Assembly (NCBI RefSeq): GCF_006345805.1
Contig: NC_043012.1
Span: 8,990,001 to 9,054,000 of the forward strand
Direction: 5' to 3'
DNA length: 64,000 nt
Source: Octopus sinensis
Lineage: Eukaryota
Made by a program: the position numbers and the translations under genes. Shown here piece by piece: positions 26,493-40,473 of the stretch (within the stretch, counting starts at the first letter, position 1; every line of letters starts with the position of its first letter). The notes under the pieces were generated by a model. That model searched no databases and was not told the DNA's origin. It saw nothing but the letters and a program-made list of their open reading frames with translations.

Positions 26493-26868
26493 TGGGGTCT
26501 TCTTTCATTAGGACAATGCTTCAGCACGCAGGTCCTCGGTTTCAATGGCTGTTGTATGTTACTGGCTTTGAACTGGTTGATCACCCTCCCTATGTTAGTG
26601 ATTTGGTTCCTTCTGGTTATCATCTGTTCCCCAACATAGAAAAGCACTCAGCTGAGCACCAGTATCATTATGATGAGAACATCTTATCTGTTGTTGATGA
26701 CCATTTTGATCAACAGAAAAGCTTCTTCACCAGTGCGATCCAAGCACAGCAACTACTTATGGAAGTGTGTGGACAGTAAGAGGAGCTATGTTAGAAAATG
26801 AACTTCATTTGGTCACATTCCATCGAGAGTGTCTTGCTCAGATTATGAACATTTCAGCCAACCCTCAT
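26493..26868 (+). mobile_element. Mariner 3' half (catalytic domain remnant plus 3' TIR)
   Basis: VFFH*DNA..GFELVDHPPYVSDLVPSGYHLFPN..WKCV..YV, a degraded HPPYSPDLAPSD motif. Ends with AACATTTCAGCCAACCCTCATA. Confidence 0.85.
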
Positions 26869-26998
26869 AATAATACATTTTATTATTATACCTGCATTTG
26901 TTTTAATGTTAACATTGGAAAAATCCACACATTTTTCACAAAAAAATTAGGACCTGGGTTTGCACCACCTTAGAAAATTTTGTTGCTGGGCCACTATG

Positions 26999-27037
<39 letters not shown>

Positions 27038-27038
27038 T

Positions 27039-27422
27039 TTAATAGTTATCGCTAAGCTAACATGGCAGTCCAGGAAAATAGGATGAATGCTGCCGTTGAT
27101 TAGCTTCAAGAAGCCATCGCCTCTAGCTAGCTATGTGACTCACAAACCTGTTTCCATTATAACCTTCGAACAGGGGAGGTCAGCAATCACCCCGAAACTA
27201 GTCTGTGGGTGTTGAACTAGCATGGGGAAGCTGCTCATCGCCCCTGTTCGAAGGTTGTAATGGACACAGGTTTGTGTGTCACACAGCTAGCTAGAGGTGA
27301 TGGCCTCTTGGAGTTAATCAACGGTAACATACGTCCTATTTTCCTCGACTGCCATGTCAGCTTGGCGCGATAACTATTAATATCCAGTATTGCTGCCGCA
27401 GTCTCCTTTAGAAAGAGTTAGA
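27039..27422. mobile_element. ~340-bp foldback (palindromic) element in (TA)n
   Basis: 27039-27176 versus 27241-27380 are about 88% complementary by eye, and pairing continues imperfectly towards the centre. Confidence 0.85.
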
Positions 27423-27518
<96 letters not shown>

Positions 27519-27551
27519 ATATATATTAATAGTTATCGCTAAGCTAACATG

Positions 27552-27850
27552 GTGTGGCCTCTTGGACAAGTGTCCTCTATTATAGCTTCGGGCTGACAAA
27601 AGCCTTGTGAGCGGATTTGTTAGACGGAAACTGAAAGAAACCCGACGTGTGTGTGTGTGTGTGTGTGTCTGTGTCTTTGTGCCGGTGTCGGTGTGTTTAC
27701 GTCACTGTAGCTTAGTGGTTCGGCAAAATAGACCGATAGAATAAGTACAAAACAAAATATTGGCGTCCATTCATTCGACTAAAAATTCTTGAAGGCGATG
27801 TCCCAACATGGCTGCAGTCTAATGACTGAAACAAATAAAAAATAAAATAA
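27552..27850 (+). mobile_element. 5'-truncated, diverged SINE A
   Basis: Core and tail similarity to family A. Confidence 0.75.
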
Positions 27851-27914
27851 AAAAAGAGATATGTATTTATATATGTGTGTATACATATCCATACATTTGT
27901 GTGTATGTGTGTGC

Positions 27915-28150
27915 GAAGGTGTGTGGCCTAGTGGTTAGGGTATCCCACTCACGGTTGTAAGATTGCTTTTCGATCTCCAGAACAGCGGTGAGTCGTCTTC
28001 CTGAGCAAACCACCCAATTTCACGCAGATCCTGTCCAATCAACTGTAAATGAATAACCATACGGAGAACGGACATTCTGCTTAGAGAGAATGTTGATTTG
28101 TTCACCTAGCAAGCGGGGTGGCATCATTCGAAATCTACACATGCACACTG
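27915..28150 (+). mobile_element. Old SINE with a C-type head and T3-like tail
   Basis: GAAGGTGTGTGGCCTAGTGG head. AGCGGGGTGGCATCATTCGAA is shared with 53240. Confidence 0.6.
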
Positions 28151-28212
28151 CACATGATTTTTCAAAACCTCCTCCTACCCACCGTTTGTCAAATTTATCT
28201 TTCTATTTAAAC

Positions 28213-28506
28213 CAGGGATCTTCGAACGTTTTAGACCATCGACCTCTTCATTGAATTCTTGACTCCTCAGCGATCCCCAGGCATGTACAAGAAAATTATA
28301 ATAATAACTAGATGAGCATTTATCGACCCCTTGAAAATTATAATAATAACTAGAGGAGCATTTATCGACCCCTTGAAACACGGACCGAGGAGTCCCAGTC
28401 GACTGCGCGTCGTTGGAGCCTTTCACTTCGCGAACTCCGACGGCACAGCGAAAGCGAGAACGTGACACGACGTCGTCGTCGATATTGACCACTTTGGAGA
28501 CCCTTG
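28213..28506. mobile_element. hAT-type MITE with 8-bp TSD and internal 42-bp tandem duplication
   Basis: TSD ATTTAAAC at 28205-28212 and 28507-28514. Imperfect TIRs CAGGGATCTTCGAA and TTTGGAGACCCTTG. Confidence 0.85.
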
Positions 28507-28706
28507 ATTTAAACTGTAGTTATGTGTGTATGTGTGAGTATGACATTGATAGAAGATTGCCTGTGTGTGAGTGTGTGTAAGCATACGTCAAATATTTGGC
28601 ATCTATCGACTACGTAGCTTTCATCATCTTTCCTGTCCCCCGAGCGCTGCTTGCCAATTTCAATGTTCCTCTATCGACTTTAACTCTCTCAGTAGCTCTA
28701 TTTTTT

Positions 28707-28752
<46 letters not shown>

Positions 28753-29122
28753 GATGTAAAGCGTTACTGGAGAAACCAAGCAAGTAAGCAACCAACGTTT
28801 GTATTGTCTGTAATTATATAGAGATAATATGCTAACGTTGTTAATTAGTATGAGCGTCTGTTTTTTTCTAGCCCCTGGATTTTCAAACAACTACACACAT
28901 ATATGTATACATGTCTGTCCTGTCCGTCTGTCTCTCCCTCTCTCTCTCTCTCTCACTGTATACACCCCCCACACATACACACACAAATATAATGCAAGAT
29001 TTATAAAGTGTATCAAATGTTCCCGACTGTCCTTTGGCGAAACTCAGAGCAGAATATCAATTATGAAAATTAAGGACATATCTACTCACTCATCTCACGT
29101 ACTGAGTTCTACACACACAAAC

Positions 29123-29166
<44 letters not shown>

Positions 29167-30189
29167 ACACGTACATAAACACACACAAACATGCACACAA
29201 TATCACACATACACCTACATACAGATATGTAGCATCTATTCATAGACAGATCGGGGATTGACATCTAATCTCTGAAGATTGCCAAAAATAGGCCCGAAAC
29301 TAATAAGGCTAACATCTCTTTTTCGTCCACTGCATTAAATTTATTGCAGCGCCGGCTAAAAGTTTTCCTCTACATCCAGAACATACTGTACAGAACATCG
29401 ACATGATATAAATTTACAGCAAATAGTCTGAAATACATGTTAATCGGCGTTCCACGTAGGTTTCCAGACTATTCCGTGATTGAATGAGATATTGAAACCA
29501 GAGGCGAAAAAATCGATATTTCAATGTAATTTAGAGTTTTCAATTATCGACTGTTTTATACAAATTGTAGTGAACACTCACGTGGACGGTTGAGTTTCAC
29601 ATATCCTAATATGGTAAGTTTAAAATCTTTGATTAAGAGAAAGATTACCGATGAAATTTGTAAATAAAACAAAAAATGTACCTCTTGAAGTGTGTAAAAT
29701 CTAAAAACTACAGGGGAGACAACTACAATAAAATCAGATGATTGAAATTGGCAGATATAAAAGTTTCTAGTAAAGGAGTGGATTTAGTCACGTAACGAAA
29801 AGTACTTACTGGATGACCAACTGAATTGATTTAATAAACTCGTTTTTTTTTTCTGTAACTTTTCTTGTTTGTTTGTGCCTTCCTTTCTTTCCTTCTTTCT
29901 TCCTTTCTTCCTTTCTTTCTTTCACTATTTTTTCTTTTGCTCCTTTTCTCTGGCACTCGCATTCTCACACAATTAAACAAACACACACCATATAAGCACA
30001 CAGACATATAAGCACACAGACATACTTCTATGCACATACAAGTACACGCATATATATATAATAATATACAATATATATATAATATATAAGATATATATAT
30101 ATATATTATATATACACACACATACAGACACATACACACATCATACACAGATATATACGTACAAAACACACACACACACACACACACAC

Positions 30190-30236
<47 letters not shown>

Positions 30237-30286
30237 TTATCTATATATATGCATGTATGAATGTATATAGATGATAACAATATATA

Positions 30287-30348
<62 letters not shown>

Positions 30349-30754
30349 GGTGTATATGTAGGTATGGTATGCATGTGCGCACACAGAGATACGCGCAATA
30401 TATACATATTAAAACGTACACACACACTCATACTCTCCTGCATGTGTTTGCGCGCGCGTGTGTATGTGTGTATGTGTGTATATGTGTGTGTGTGTGTGAG
30501 TATAAGTGCTTATAACATTGTAACGCTATGATTTGTAGAAATCATTTTCCTGCTGCGAGTAGAATTCATACAAACACACCCGCACACACACATGTTCACA
30601 CACACACACACACAAACAAACAAAAGATTAAAGACTATATCTATCTATATATCTAACTATCCATCTCCTCTCTCTCTCTCTCTCTATATATATATATTAT
30701 ATATTATATATCTATATATCTATATCTATATCTATATCTATGTCTATATCTATC

Positions 30755-30881
<127 letters not shown>

Positions 30882-31843
30882 ATATATATACTATATCTAT
30901 ATCTATCTCTCTCTCTATATATATACACATACACACATACGCGTGCGCGAGCACACACACACACATTTATATATGTAACATTTTGAATAAAAGTATTTCA
31001 TACCAAAATAAAAGCAAAACTTCTATTTCAATTAAAGCAAAAAAAAAAAAAACAAAAAACAAAAAAAAAAAACATAGCTGTATGATTTACAATAAAACAA
31101 CATTTAACTCATTTCGAAGTTAATTCTTTTTTTCTTCTCCGCAACGATATTCATTTCGTTGGATTGACTCTGTGACTACATCGAATGAAAGATTACTTCA
31201 GATTTACAACTTAAATATTCCAACAAATAAGAATACGTAACACCAAACAGAAACAGTACAAAGAAAGGTTAGAGCTCTAATATTAAACACAAACACAGCA
31301 TATCTTCATTCTTTTTTTCCTCCCCCTTCTTCCCTACTCTCCCTCGCTCTCCATCACCGTGTTACTCTCTTACTATCTCTTGTCTAAATTTTCCCTCCCT
31401 TTGTCTCTCTCTCTATCTCTCTCTCTCAACCTCTCTCTCTCCCCTCCCCCTCCTCCTCTCCTCTCTCATTCTTTCCTTTACTTAGCTCAACTTTCTATCA
31501 CTCGCAGCACTTGTCTTTTCTGTTTTCGTCCTCTCGATTTTTCTCTTTTCTTTATTCATAGTGTGTGTGTGTGTTTGTTTGTTTGTGTGTGTGTGTGTGT
31601 GTTTGTGTGTGTGTATGTGCTCACGCGTATGTATGTATGCGTATATGTGTGTATATATATGTATGCATAATAAATATAAGTATGAATGTATATCTAAATC
31701 TATGTATATACATACATACACACTTACGTTATATATACGCAAACAATCATATATACTGTATGTATGTATATATAAAAAATCGTATGTATATGTCTGTATA
31801 CATAATTACACATACACACACACATGCATGTGCCCTATATACT

Positions 31844-31899
<56 letters not shown>

Positions 31900-32077
31900 G
31901 TACATAAGTATGTATGATACACACACATGCATGTAATGTATATATATTATATATATGTACATATATATGATATATATATATATAATGTATGCATATATGT
32001 GAGTGTGTATATGTAGGATGCTTGTGTGTGTGTGTGTGTATGAGTGTGTACATATACACATACGCACCGTTATGTTA

Positions 32078-32175
32078 TATATGTATTTGCATATACATGT
32101 ATTTGCATATACATGTATTTGCATATATATGTATTTGCATATACATATATTTGCATATATATGTATTTGCATATA
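32078..32175. repeat. 18-bp minisatellite (ATGTATTTGCATATACAT, ~5 copies)
   Basis: Read directly from the sequence. Confidence 0.85.
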
Positions 32176-32431
32176 CCAAACAGCTAACCGATGTAGAGTG
32201 TGCATTTATTGATTATGTATTAAAACTTAAGATATTTCTAAATTTTTCGTATTTCAAGTTTGAAGAGTATTTATGTATACTTTCATATTCTTCATATTCA
32301 GCACACGTACAATGACTCGGTAAAAATGAAGTACCACTTACGGACTGGGCTGAGGTAATTGACTGTTACCCACCTCTCAAAAATTGCTAACCTGCCTACA
32401 TTAGAAACGATCAATCCCACGGGCTTTTGTT

Positions 32432-32495
<64 letters not shown>

Positions 32496-32496
<1 letters not shown>

Positions 32497-33045
32497 GCCC
32501 TGATGCAGTACCAGGCAGTGGCTCTCATGGCTTCTGATCTTAACTGATTGGAAGTGTTATCATGTATATTGTTTTGTCTTGGTATAAAAGGTGGGCTACA
32601 GCAAATATTCTGTTCAATACCACAGATTTGCTTGTCAGTTGTTTGACCTTAACCAGTTGAGCATGTCCCTTAGTGGCTGACGATATGTGCATCTCTGATC
32701 ACGAGCAGAAGTAGTGGGGGAGCATCATAGCCATGTGTTGAGAGGTATTCTTTGGGGTTTGGATAATTCACCTCTGGAAACATGGGTGTTCAACATCCTT
32801 AAACAACCCTTATTCAGGGACCTTTTGAGCGGGATGGGCTACTCGACCTGAAGAAAATTCTAACTGGGCCCCACCTGCAAGGTCATGCGGTTTTTATCTT
32901 GATATGAGATCACCATGTCACGCACATATGGTTGTGATGCATGTGTCTGGTGTACCCTTATCAGACGGGTAGTCATGATGGATATACTGGGCTTTGTATA
33001 TTTTACCCCAGTGTCACTTTGATGGCATGCACTGCTCTCTTACTC

Positions 33046-33046
<1 letters not shown>
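32496..33046 (+). mobile_element. Retroposon E inserted in (TAA)n
   Basis: (AAT)n on both sides. A second copy lies at 7372-7825. Confidence 0.85.
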
Positions 33047-33078
<32 letters not shown>

Positions 33079-33079
33079 T

Positions 33080-33385
33080 TCAAATTTTGCCACAAGGGCA
33101 GCTTGGGGGAGGGGATTAAGTCGATTACAACGACCTCGAAAGGTGAAAAGCAAAGTCTACTTCGGTGGAATTTGAACTTAGAACGTAGCGATGGGCGAAA
33201 TACTGCTAAGCATTTCGTCCAGCGCGCTAACGATTCTGTCAACCCGCTTGATATTTATTCTATCGGTCTCTTTTGCTGAACTGCTAGTGTACAGGAACGG
33301 AAACGTACCAACACCGGATGTCAAACACAAAGCACACACACACCCATTCACGCCTATACAGACAGAGAGACAGACAGACAGACAG

Positions 33386-33428
<43 letters not shown>

Positions 33429-33555
33429 AGACGGGCTTCTTTCAGTTTCTGTCTACCAAATCCACTCATGAGGCTTTGGTCGACCCGAGGCTATAGTAGA
33501 AGACACTTGTCCAAGGTGCCATGCATTAGGAAAGCAAGCTTCTTGCTACACAGCT
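33080..33555 (-). mobile_element. Adjacent diverged SINE D (33080-33245) and SINE A (33250-33555)
   Basis: Similarity to the family consensus seen elsewhere in the window. Confidence 0.75.
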
Positions 33556-33567
33556 ATCATAATAATA

Positions 33568-34390
33568 ACTAGCAGTACAACCCGGCTTTGACCTGGATTA
33601 AGTTAGGATTATTAGGCTAATCAAGTACGTACACCTATTGCATATATGTTTTTTGTACGCATACCTGTTCATAAACAGAAATAAATGGAAAAAATGCTGG
33701 TAAATTTGTAGATAAACACTCGCACCTTTTTCACTAAGAAACAAAATTGGATTTTTTGCGTGGAATCGACTAGTCTGGCCTCCTAATATGCTACAAAACC
33801 CTTTTTGTGGTCCGAAAAACGGGGTGGGCTGTGGTGGAAGTCTCGGAAATTGTACTCATTTATATTGTGTAATTCACTGACAAATTGTTACCTACTTCTT
33901 TGTTTCTTTGTTGTTAAATATATGGAATCTCAACAAAACACTTTTTTACTCGGCATAAAATAAAAACAAAACTCTTTCGCGCCCAAAGTAATGTATGTGT
34001 GTGTAAGAGGGGAAGAGGCATGAACGATTTAAAATAAATAAATGATTTAAAATATATTTTAATTGGTGTATGAGAAAGTATATATAATCTGATTATAAAA
34101 TATAGTGTCTTTCAAAACATACTAAATTTGAATACTATATCTCGTGTTTAAGAAAAACAACAAAACATTTTACATTTTTATTTCTGATGAACGCTGTCAC
34201 TCACTCACTCTCTCTCTCTCTCTCTCTCACACACACAAACACTTTGTCTTTACCTTTTTTGTTAGACGCTGTCAAACTCTCTCCCTCTCTCCCATTTTTC
34301 TTTACTTTTTTTGTTAGATGCTATCAAACTCTCTCCCTCTCTCCCTTACACATATTTTTTCTTTACATTTTTGTTAGATGCTGTCAAACA
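33568..34390 (-). mobile_element. Putative non-autonomous Helitron-like remnant with ~60-bp internal repeats
   Basis: The minus-strand end shows a degenerate GC hairpin followed by CTAG-T. GTTAGAYGCTRTCAAA occurs three times at 34260-34390. Confidence 0.45.
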
Positions 34391-34399
34391 CTTTCCTGG

Positions 34400-34530
34400 T
34401 ATCTGAGCTAGGTAGCAATCAGCCCCTTTTGTTATCATTCGTAGGTCACCTATGACAACAGGTATTGTTTTGGTTTTCAGGTTCCACACTTTGCTAATTT
34501 CTATTTCAAGATCTTTATACTTGCTCAGTA
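34400..34530 (-). mobile_element. R4/Dong-like REL fragment next to (TTA)n
   Basis: LSKYKDLEIEISKVWNLKTKTIPVVIGDL, paralogous to 9098-9552. Confidence 0.75.
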
Positions 34531-34605
34531 TTATTATTATTATTGTTGCTGTTGTTGTTGTTGCTGTTGTTGTTGATGATGTTATTATTATTATTATTAT
34601 TATTA

Positions 34606-34653
<48 letters not shown>

Positions 34654-35061
34654 CATCATCATTATATTATTAGTTGCAGCAGTGGTAGTATTAGTAGCTG
34701 CAGCAGCAGAAGTATCTATGCAATAGTTGAGCACATAACAAGTTTGTTGAATGTGTAACAACATTGAAAATGAAGAAAAGTTTAAAATGTCACATAGTCA
34801 ACGTTGAATTTCTCTTTAAAAAAAACACACATGTAGCTAGAAGCTCAGAATAGAGCCTATGTGGTATTTCGAATTTGTAGATTTTTGATTAAATATTTCG
34901 CAAAATAATGTAAAGAATGACAGAATATTCTTATGGAGAATTTATAAAATCATAAATTTAATGTTGTTACTTATTTTTTCGTACACACACAGACACACAC
35001 AAAACAGACAGACACACACACTCACACATAGACATACACAAACGTATAGTGTTTTATATCT

Positions 35062-35275
35062 GTTTCTTTATTGCCCACAAGGGGCTAAACATAGAGGGGA
35101 CAAACAAGGACAGACAAACGGATTAAGTCGATTACATCGACCCCAGTGCGTAACTGGTACTTAATTTATCGACCCCGAAAGGATGAAAGGCAAAGTCGAC
35201 CTCGGCGGAATTTGAACTCAGAACGCAACGACAGACGCAATACCGCTAAGCATTTCGCCCGGTGTGCTAACGTTA
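35062..35275 (-). mobile_element. SINE D, 5'-truncated
   Basis: Similarity to the family. Confidence 0.88.
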
Positions 35276-36015
35276 TATCATATACCAAATAATCTGTTTC
35301 ATTGAAAGAAAATAGACAAAGGAAGTTATTATGGTATAATCACCTCAATAGTCTTAATGTGCGTACTAATGTTTTTAGAATCTCCTTAGATCCAGTTCAT
35401 AAACATGTCCTTTCAGGACACAATGCAAAATCTTTAATAATTACAATGTTAAAAGTTAGCTACATTCGTGCTATTTACTATCTCAATTGCAGAAATAAAT
35501 ATTGCAGATTTATTGAGCTAACCATTCAAATCAATCTCCCGCCAAATAGTCTTCTGCATTAACGTTGTACTGATTCTGCCCAAGGTAGCCTTTAGGGCGA
35601 ATCTACATAGCAATAGAAAAGAAAAGGAAAATAAACTACCTCAAAGGCGATGTCTCTCAGAATGTCCATTTTAGAGAATATTCAGAGAACATATAAGCTT
35701 TCGAACATTCGGTACGGAAAAATATTACGTCTTTGTCAAAGTATTTATGGAATCAATAGGTAAACAACGTTGAAAATTTCAAAATAATGTATTGAAACAT
35801 GCTGCTGCATATGAAAATGTCTTGAATAGAATGTGAAGTGCCTCTTTCTCTCGCTCCCTTTCTCTTTCCCTTCCTATCTTCATGTATACACAGACACACA
35901 CACGCACACACTCGCATGCACACACACATACATTCTTATTCGAAATTTAATTCTCTTTCACGTATGCAACGTTGCAGCACACCAACAAATAGACTCCATT
36001 CTATTTGCATATAAT

Positions 36016-36247
36016 ATATCTTTGCTACCCATAAGGGGCTAAACACAGAGGGGACAAACAAGGACAGACAAACGGATTAAGTCGATTACATCGACCCCAG
36101 TGCGTAACTGGTACTTAATTTATCGACCCCGAGAAGATGAAAGCCAAAGTCGACCTCGGCGGAATTTGAACTCGGAACGTGACGGCAGACGAAATACGGC
36201 TACGCATTTCGCCCGGTGTGATAACGTTTCTGCCAGCTCGCCGCCTT
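36016..36247 (-). mobile_element. SINE D, full length
   Basis: TSD TATTTGCATATAA at 36002-36014 and 36249-36261. Confidence 0.92.
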
Positions 36248-37394
36248 ATATTTGCATATAAGTACCATACCAGCGATCCATTTCGTTTCGAGGGGATCCG
36301 AAAACATGGTTTTGAAGAGCCACAATAATGGCGAAATGAGCATTTAAACAAAAAGGGAGCAGCAAATGGGTGTTTAAACAAAACGCATACGCTATATGTG
36401 TGCGATCGATATATATATATATATATATATGTATGGCTGTATGTACATAAATATATGCATGTCTTAAATATTCATGCAGACATATATATTGTTTTATACT
36501 TTATCACTGCGTGTAAGAATGTGCAAAGTGGAAATATTCATATTAACATTGTCTTCTCTCATGTTGTGAGGCATGTCTATACAAGCAATCTTCTTGTTAT
36601 AATACCAGAAAATCACATGCATAAACACATACACACACGCACAAACACATATACAAACACTCACACATACACTCACACACAGACACACACGCACAGAACA
36701 TTTGAATATTTATTGATCATACCTTTGTGTTTTAGCGTTGTAAACTGAATGATGTGGTAAGAATCGAGAAACGATCTTGAGTCGCAGATGTCAGTATATA
36801 TTACTGGAAAATTCGACATCATCCTTACTTTCTTCAAATATCGTTTCTTTGAGACTCATATTCATACGGTAATTTGGAGCTAAAGCGATGCTGGGTGCAG
36901 GCTATTTTTGTTAAATAACATATTTACAGAAATCAATGAAAAGTATTTACGAAACGAAACTCAAGAAAATATATAAATTAACCACAAAATGGAAGCAATT
37001 TACTGTAGTATCAGTGTAGTTCACTCTTTTCAAAGTGCATAACAACATTTGCATGGAAAAATTTTACTAGTCGCCATTTGCAATTAGCATTCTCATTTTT
37101 CTTCTTGTATTGTTTCTATTTTTTTTTCTTAGAAAAAGGAAAAATTTATTTAAAATATTTTTCGATTAAAAGAATTTGAAATACAAAATACAAATATTTA
37201 TCAATATTTTTTTATGCTCCTTTTATCAAGTTAGTCGACCACTGGTTTCAATTAATGGATTTCAGTTAAGTTAAATCGCAAATACTCAGAGGAACCAACT
37301 ACTTATTTTTTAAATAATAGATTCTGTGTCTAAAGCAAGTGATGTAATTGATAATTTGCCGTGTATGGATTTGTCTTTGATACACTGGTGATGG

Positions 37395-37712
37395 ATTTCC
37401 GTCGTTTGACGACGAGGATCCACTTGTTCACTCAAATAAATTACCTGCTCCTGAATTAACATGTAAATGACAACATTTCACAGACACATGTACCCTTAAT
37501 GTAATTCTTAGGCAGAATCAGCGTCCCACAATGCGTAACAAGATGAGCCTTTTTTGAATTACAATCTAGCTAACGGGCCTTTATACAGTTTCCGTCTACT
37601 CAGATTCATTCACATGGTATGGGTTGACCCGAGGCCGTTGACCTTCCCAAGATGTCACACAGAACCAGGGAAAAGTATTTGCAAAGTCAACTTCTTAACT
37701 ATTTGGCCATAT
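37395..37712 (-). mobile_element. Old SINE with an A-type head/core and T1-type tail
   Basis: 37395-37570 resembles the SINE B tail (CCGTCG..GACGACGAGG, GTACCCTTAA). 37575-37712 resembles the family A core (CAGTTTCCGTCTAC). Confidence 0.6.
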
Positions 37713-38029
37713 TACAACTACATTACAACTACACTAAATTACAATTAAATCAATCACTGCTTTTCCAACAAACCAGCAGATCTCAGTATATTAAACGTGT
37801 GTTAATTTCTGTTATTGAAATCTGAAGGGGTTAATATGTTGATCTCTCAGTTTCCACCGTATCTCTGGTGGTAAGCTATAAAACATCTTCAACATTTTCT
37901 CTCTCAATATGATATCCTTCTATCTCACCAACATGACATTTCTTTCCTGTATCAATCACATGGCATTTTCCTGTCTCATATGTTCTGCCTAATTAAAACT
38001 ACTTCGGTACTTTTGTATCAGCATAATAT

Positions 38030-38240
38030 CTCTCTTTTACTCTTTTACTTGTTTCAGTCATTTGACTGCGGCCATGCTGGAGCACCGCCTTTAGTCGAGC
38101 AACTCGACCCCGGGACTTATTCTTTTTGTAAGCCCAGTACTTATTATATCGTTCTCTTATTGCCGAACCGCTAAGTGACGGGGACGTAAACACACCAGCA
38201 TCGGTTGTCAAGCAATGCTAGGGGAACAAACACAGACACA

Positions 38241-38294
<54 letters not shown>

Positions 38295-38460
38295 CGACAG
38301 GCTTCTTTCAGTTTCCGTCTACCAAATCCACTCACAAGGCATTGGTCGGCCCGGGGCTATAGCAGAAGACACTTGCCCAAGATGCCACGCAGTGGGACTG
38401 AACCCGGAACCATGTGGTTGGTTAGCAAGCTACTTACCACACAGCCACTCCTGCGCCTAT
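38030..38460 (-). mobile_element. SINE A, full length
   Basis: Near-identical to 400-815. Confidence 0.92.
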
Positions 38461-38539
38461 TATCTGTTATCCTTTCCAACTAAACTTTTCTGTTCTCTTT
38501 CATCAACTTGACATCTGTTTCTCTGATCAACTAAAATCC

Positions 38540-38755
38540 TTTCTACTATAGGCATAAGGCCTGAAATTTGCGGGGAGGAGGGTAAGTCGATGACATCGAC
38601 CCCAATGTTAAACTGGTACTTATTTTATCGATTCTGAAAGGATGAAAGGCAAAATCGACTTCAGCGGAATTTTAACTTAGAACGTAAAAACGGACGAAAT
38701 GCCGCCAAGTATTTTGCCCGTCATGCTAAAGATTCTAGCAGTTTGAGGCTTTTCT
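38540..38755 (-). mobile_element. SINE D, diverged
   Basis: Similarity to the family. Confidence 0.75.
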
Positions 38756-38956
38756 GATAAACTAAGACATCTGTTCTGTCGCATTAAAGCAACAACTACC
38801 CTTTTATCCGAGTAAACTCTTCTGCTCTGTTTCATTAACTCGATGCCACACGGGTCATCATTTTAGAGAGTCTTAATTCGTTATTGGAGTACACGATATG
38901 AGGTTGGCTGTTTGTGAAGGCGAGGTGAGACTGAGTGTGTTAGTAATGCGAGGAAG

Positions 38957-39200
38957 TGGAGGTGCGTGGCTTAGTGGTTAGGATGTTGAACTCATGATCG
39001 TAAGACTGTGGTTTCGATGCCTGGACCCGGCGATGAGTTGTTTTGAGCAAAACACTTCATTTCACGTTGCTCTAGTCTGCTCAGTTGGCAAAATGAGCAA
39101 CCCTGCGACGGACCGGTGTTCCGTCCAGGTGGGTAATATATACGCCATGAAACCGGGAAACCGGCCCTTATGAGTCGGCACGACTCGAGAAGATACCTTC
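38957..39200 (+). mobile_element. SINE C-type
   Basis: A/B boxes present. Likely TSD AATGCGAGGA / AATACGAGGA. Confidence 0.85.
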
Positions 39201-40189
39201 AATACGAGGATGAAGCGATAGATGACGCCAGTAGTTTATCGAAGCTTCCTTCTTGATATTTAATCCTAAGGTCAGTTCTGAATTAGTTGACCTTTAACGA
39301 GTGTCACTTAGCCCTGATCATTCTTTCTCTTGTCTCACACATAGCGAATCAAGGGCTACATGTTCTCGTGTATCGTTTAAAAGTGAAAATGACAGTAGAA
39401 TGTGTTTTGAGAAAGGTCTGACCGCTACTTTCAGCAGATCGAACAACTAAGTAATGGTTTCATGGTTGGATCGTTAACCAAGAAATTTACAATGGAGACA
39501 GACAACGGAGACTGATATTAACGAGTTCAGTAATCACTAATGAAAATGTTTAACGAAATTGATAAAATAATTACGCGAAACCATCAATTTATGACGATAT
39601 TGTATTTGACGTGAAACTATTTCTGTTTTAAATCAAAACTTAATTTCCTATTTTTGTCAATGCAATTTATTACACGATAACAGGAGAGTGTATATATAAG
39701 TAAAATAATGGTAAATGGTTTACGTAGACGTCTCTTATATGACATGATTGAATTGAAGTCCATTACTGGTGTTGTCATGTTGTTTAAAAATAAAAACGTC
39801 AATGGAAGAATGAAATTTACTCTTGTTTTGGTGCTGTTTGATTCTTTGGTGGTAATGTTTTTTTTGCAGCAATTCTCTTAATGCTATTTAAGTGTCTAAT
39901 GTAGAAAAGAAGTGAAATAAATGTGACTGGAACGCCTTTATTCATAGTTGTGTCCGATCGGGGCTGATTAAAGGTTAAACAACAACGATAACAAGAACAA
40001 TAACAAAAACATTTTAGATCGATTCTCTTTTACTCTTTTATTTGTTTCAGTCATTTGACTGTGGCTATGCTGGAGCACCACCTTTAGTCGAGCAAATCGA
40101 CCCCAGGACTTATTCTTTGTAAGCCTAGTACTTATTCTATCGGTCTTTTTTGCCGAACCGCTAAGTTACGAGGACGTAAACACACCAGC

Positions 40190-40249
<60 letters not shown>

Positions 40250-40310
40250 TATATATGTGTGTGTGTGTATATAGATATATATACGGGTGTGTGTGATTGT
40301 GTATAGAAGA

Positions 40311-40446
40311 ATATATTAATAAAAGGAATTCCAACCTTGTCTGATTTTCACGTTTTATTTACATTATAATGATATATTATAACATTATAAGATTGTAAAT
40401 AAAACGTGAAAATCAGACAAGGTTGGAATTCCTTTTATTAATATAT
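40311..40446. repeat. Perfect 53-bp inverted repeat (hairpin) between TA-rich tracts
   Basis: 40311-40363 is the exact reverse complement of 40394-40446, and the inner TTATAATG/CATTATAA also pair. Confidence 0.93.
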
Positions 40447-40473
40447 GTATGTATATATATATATATATATATA

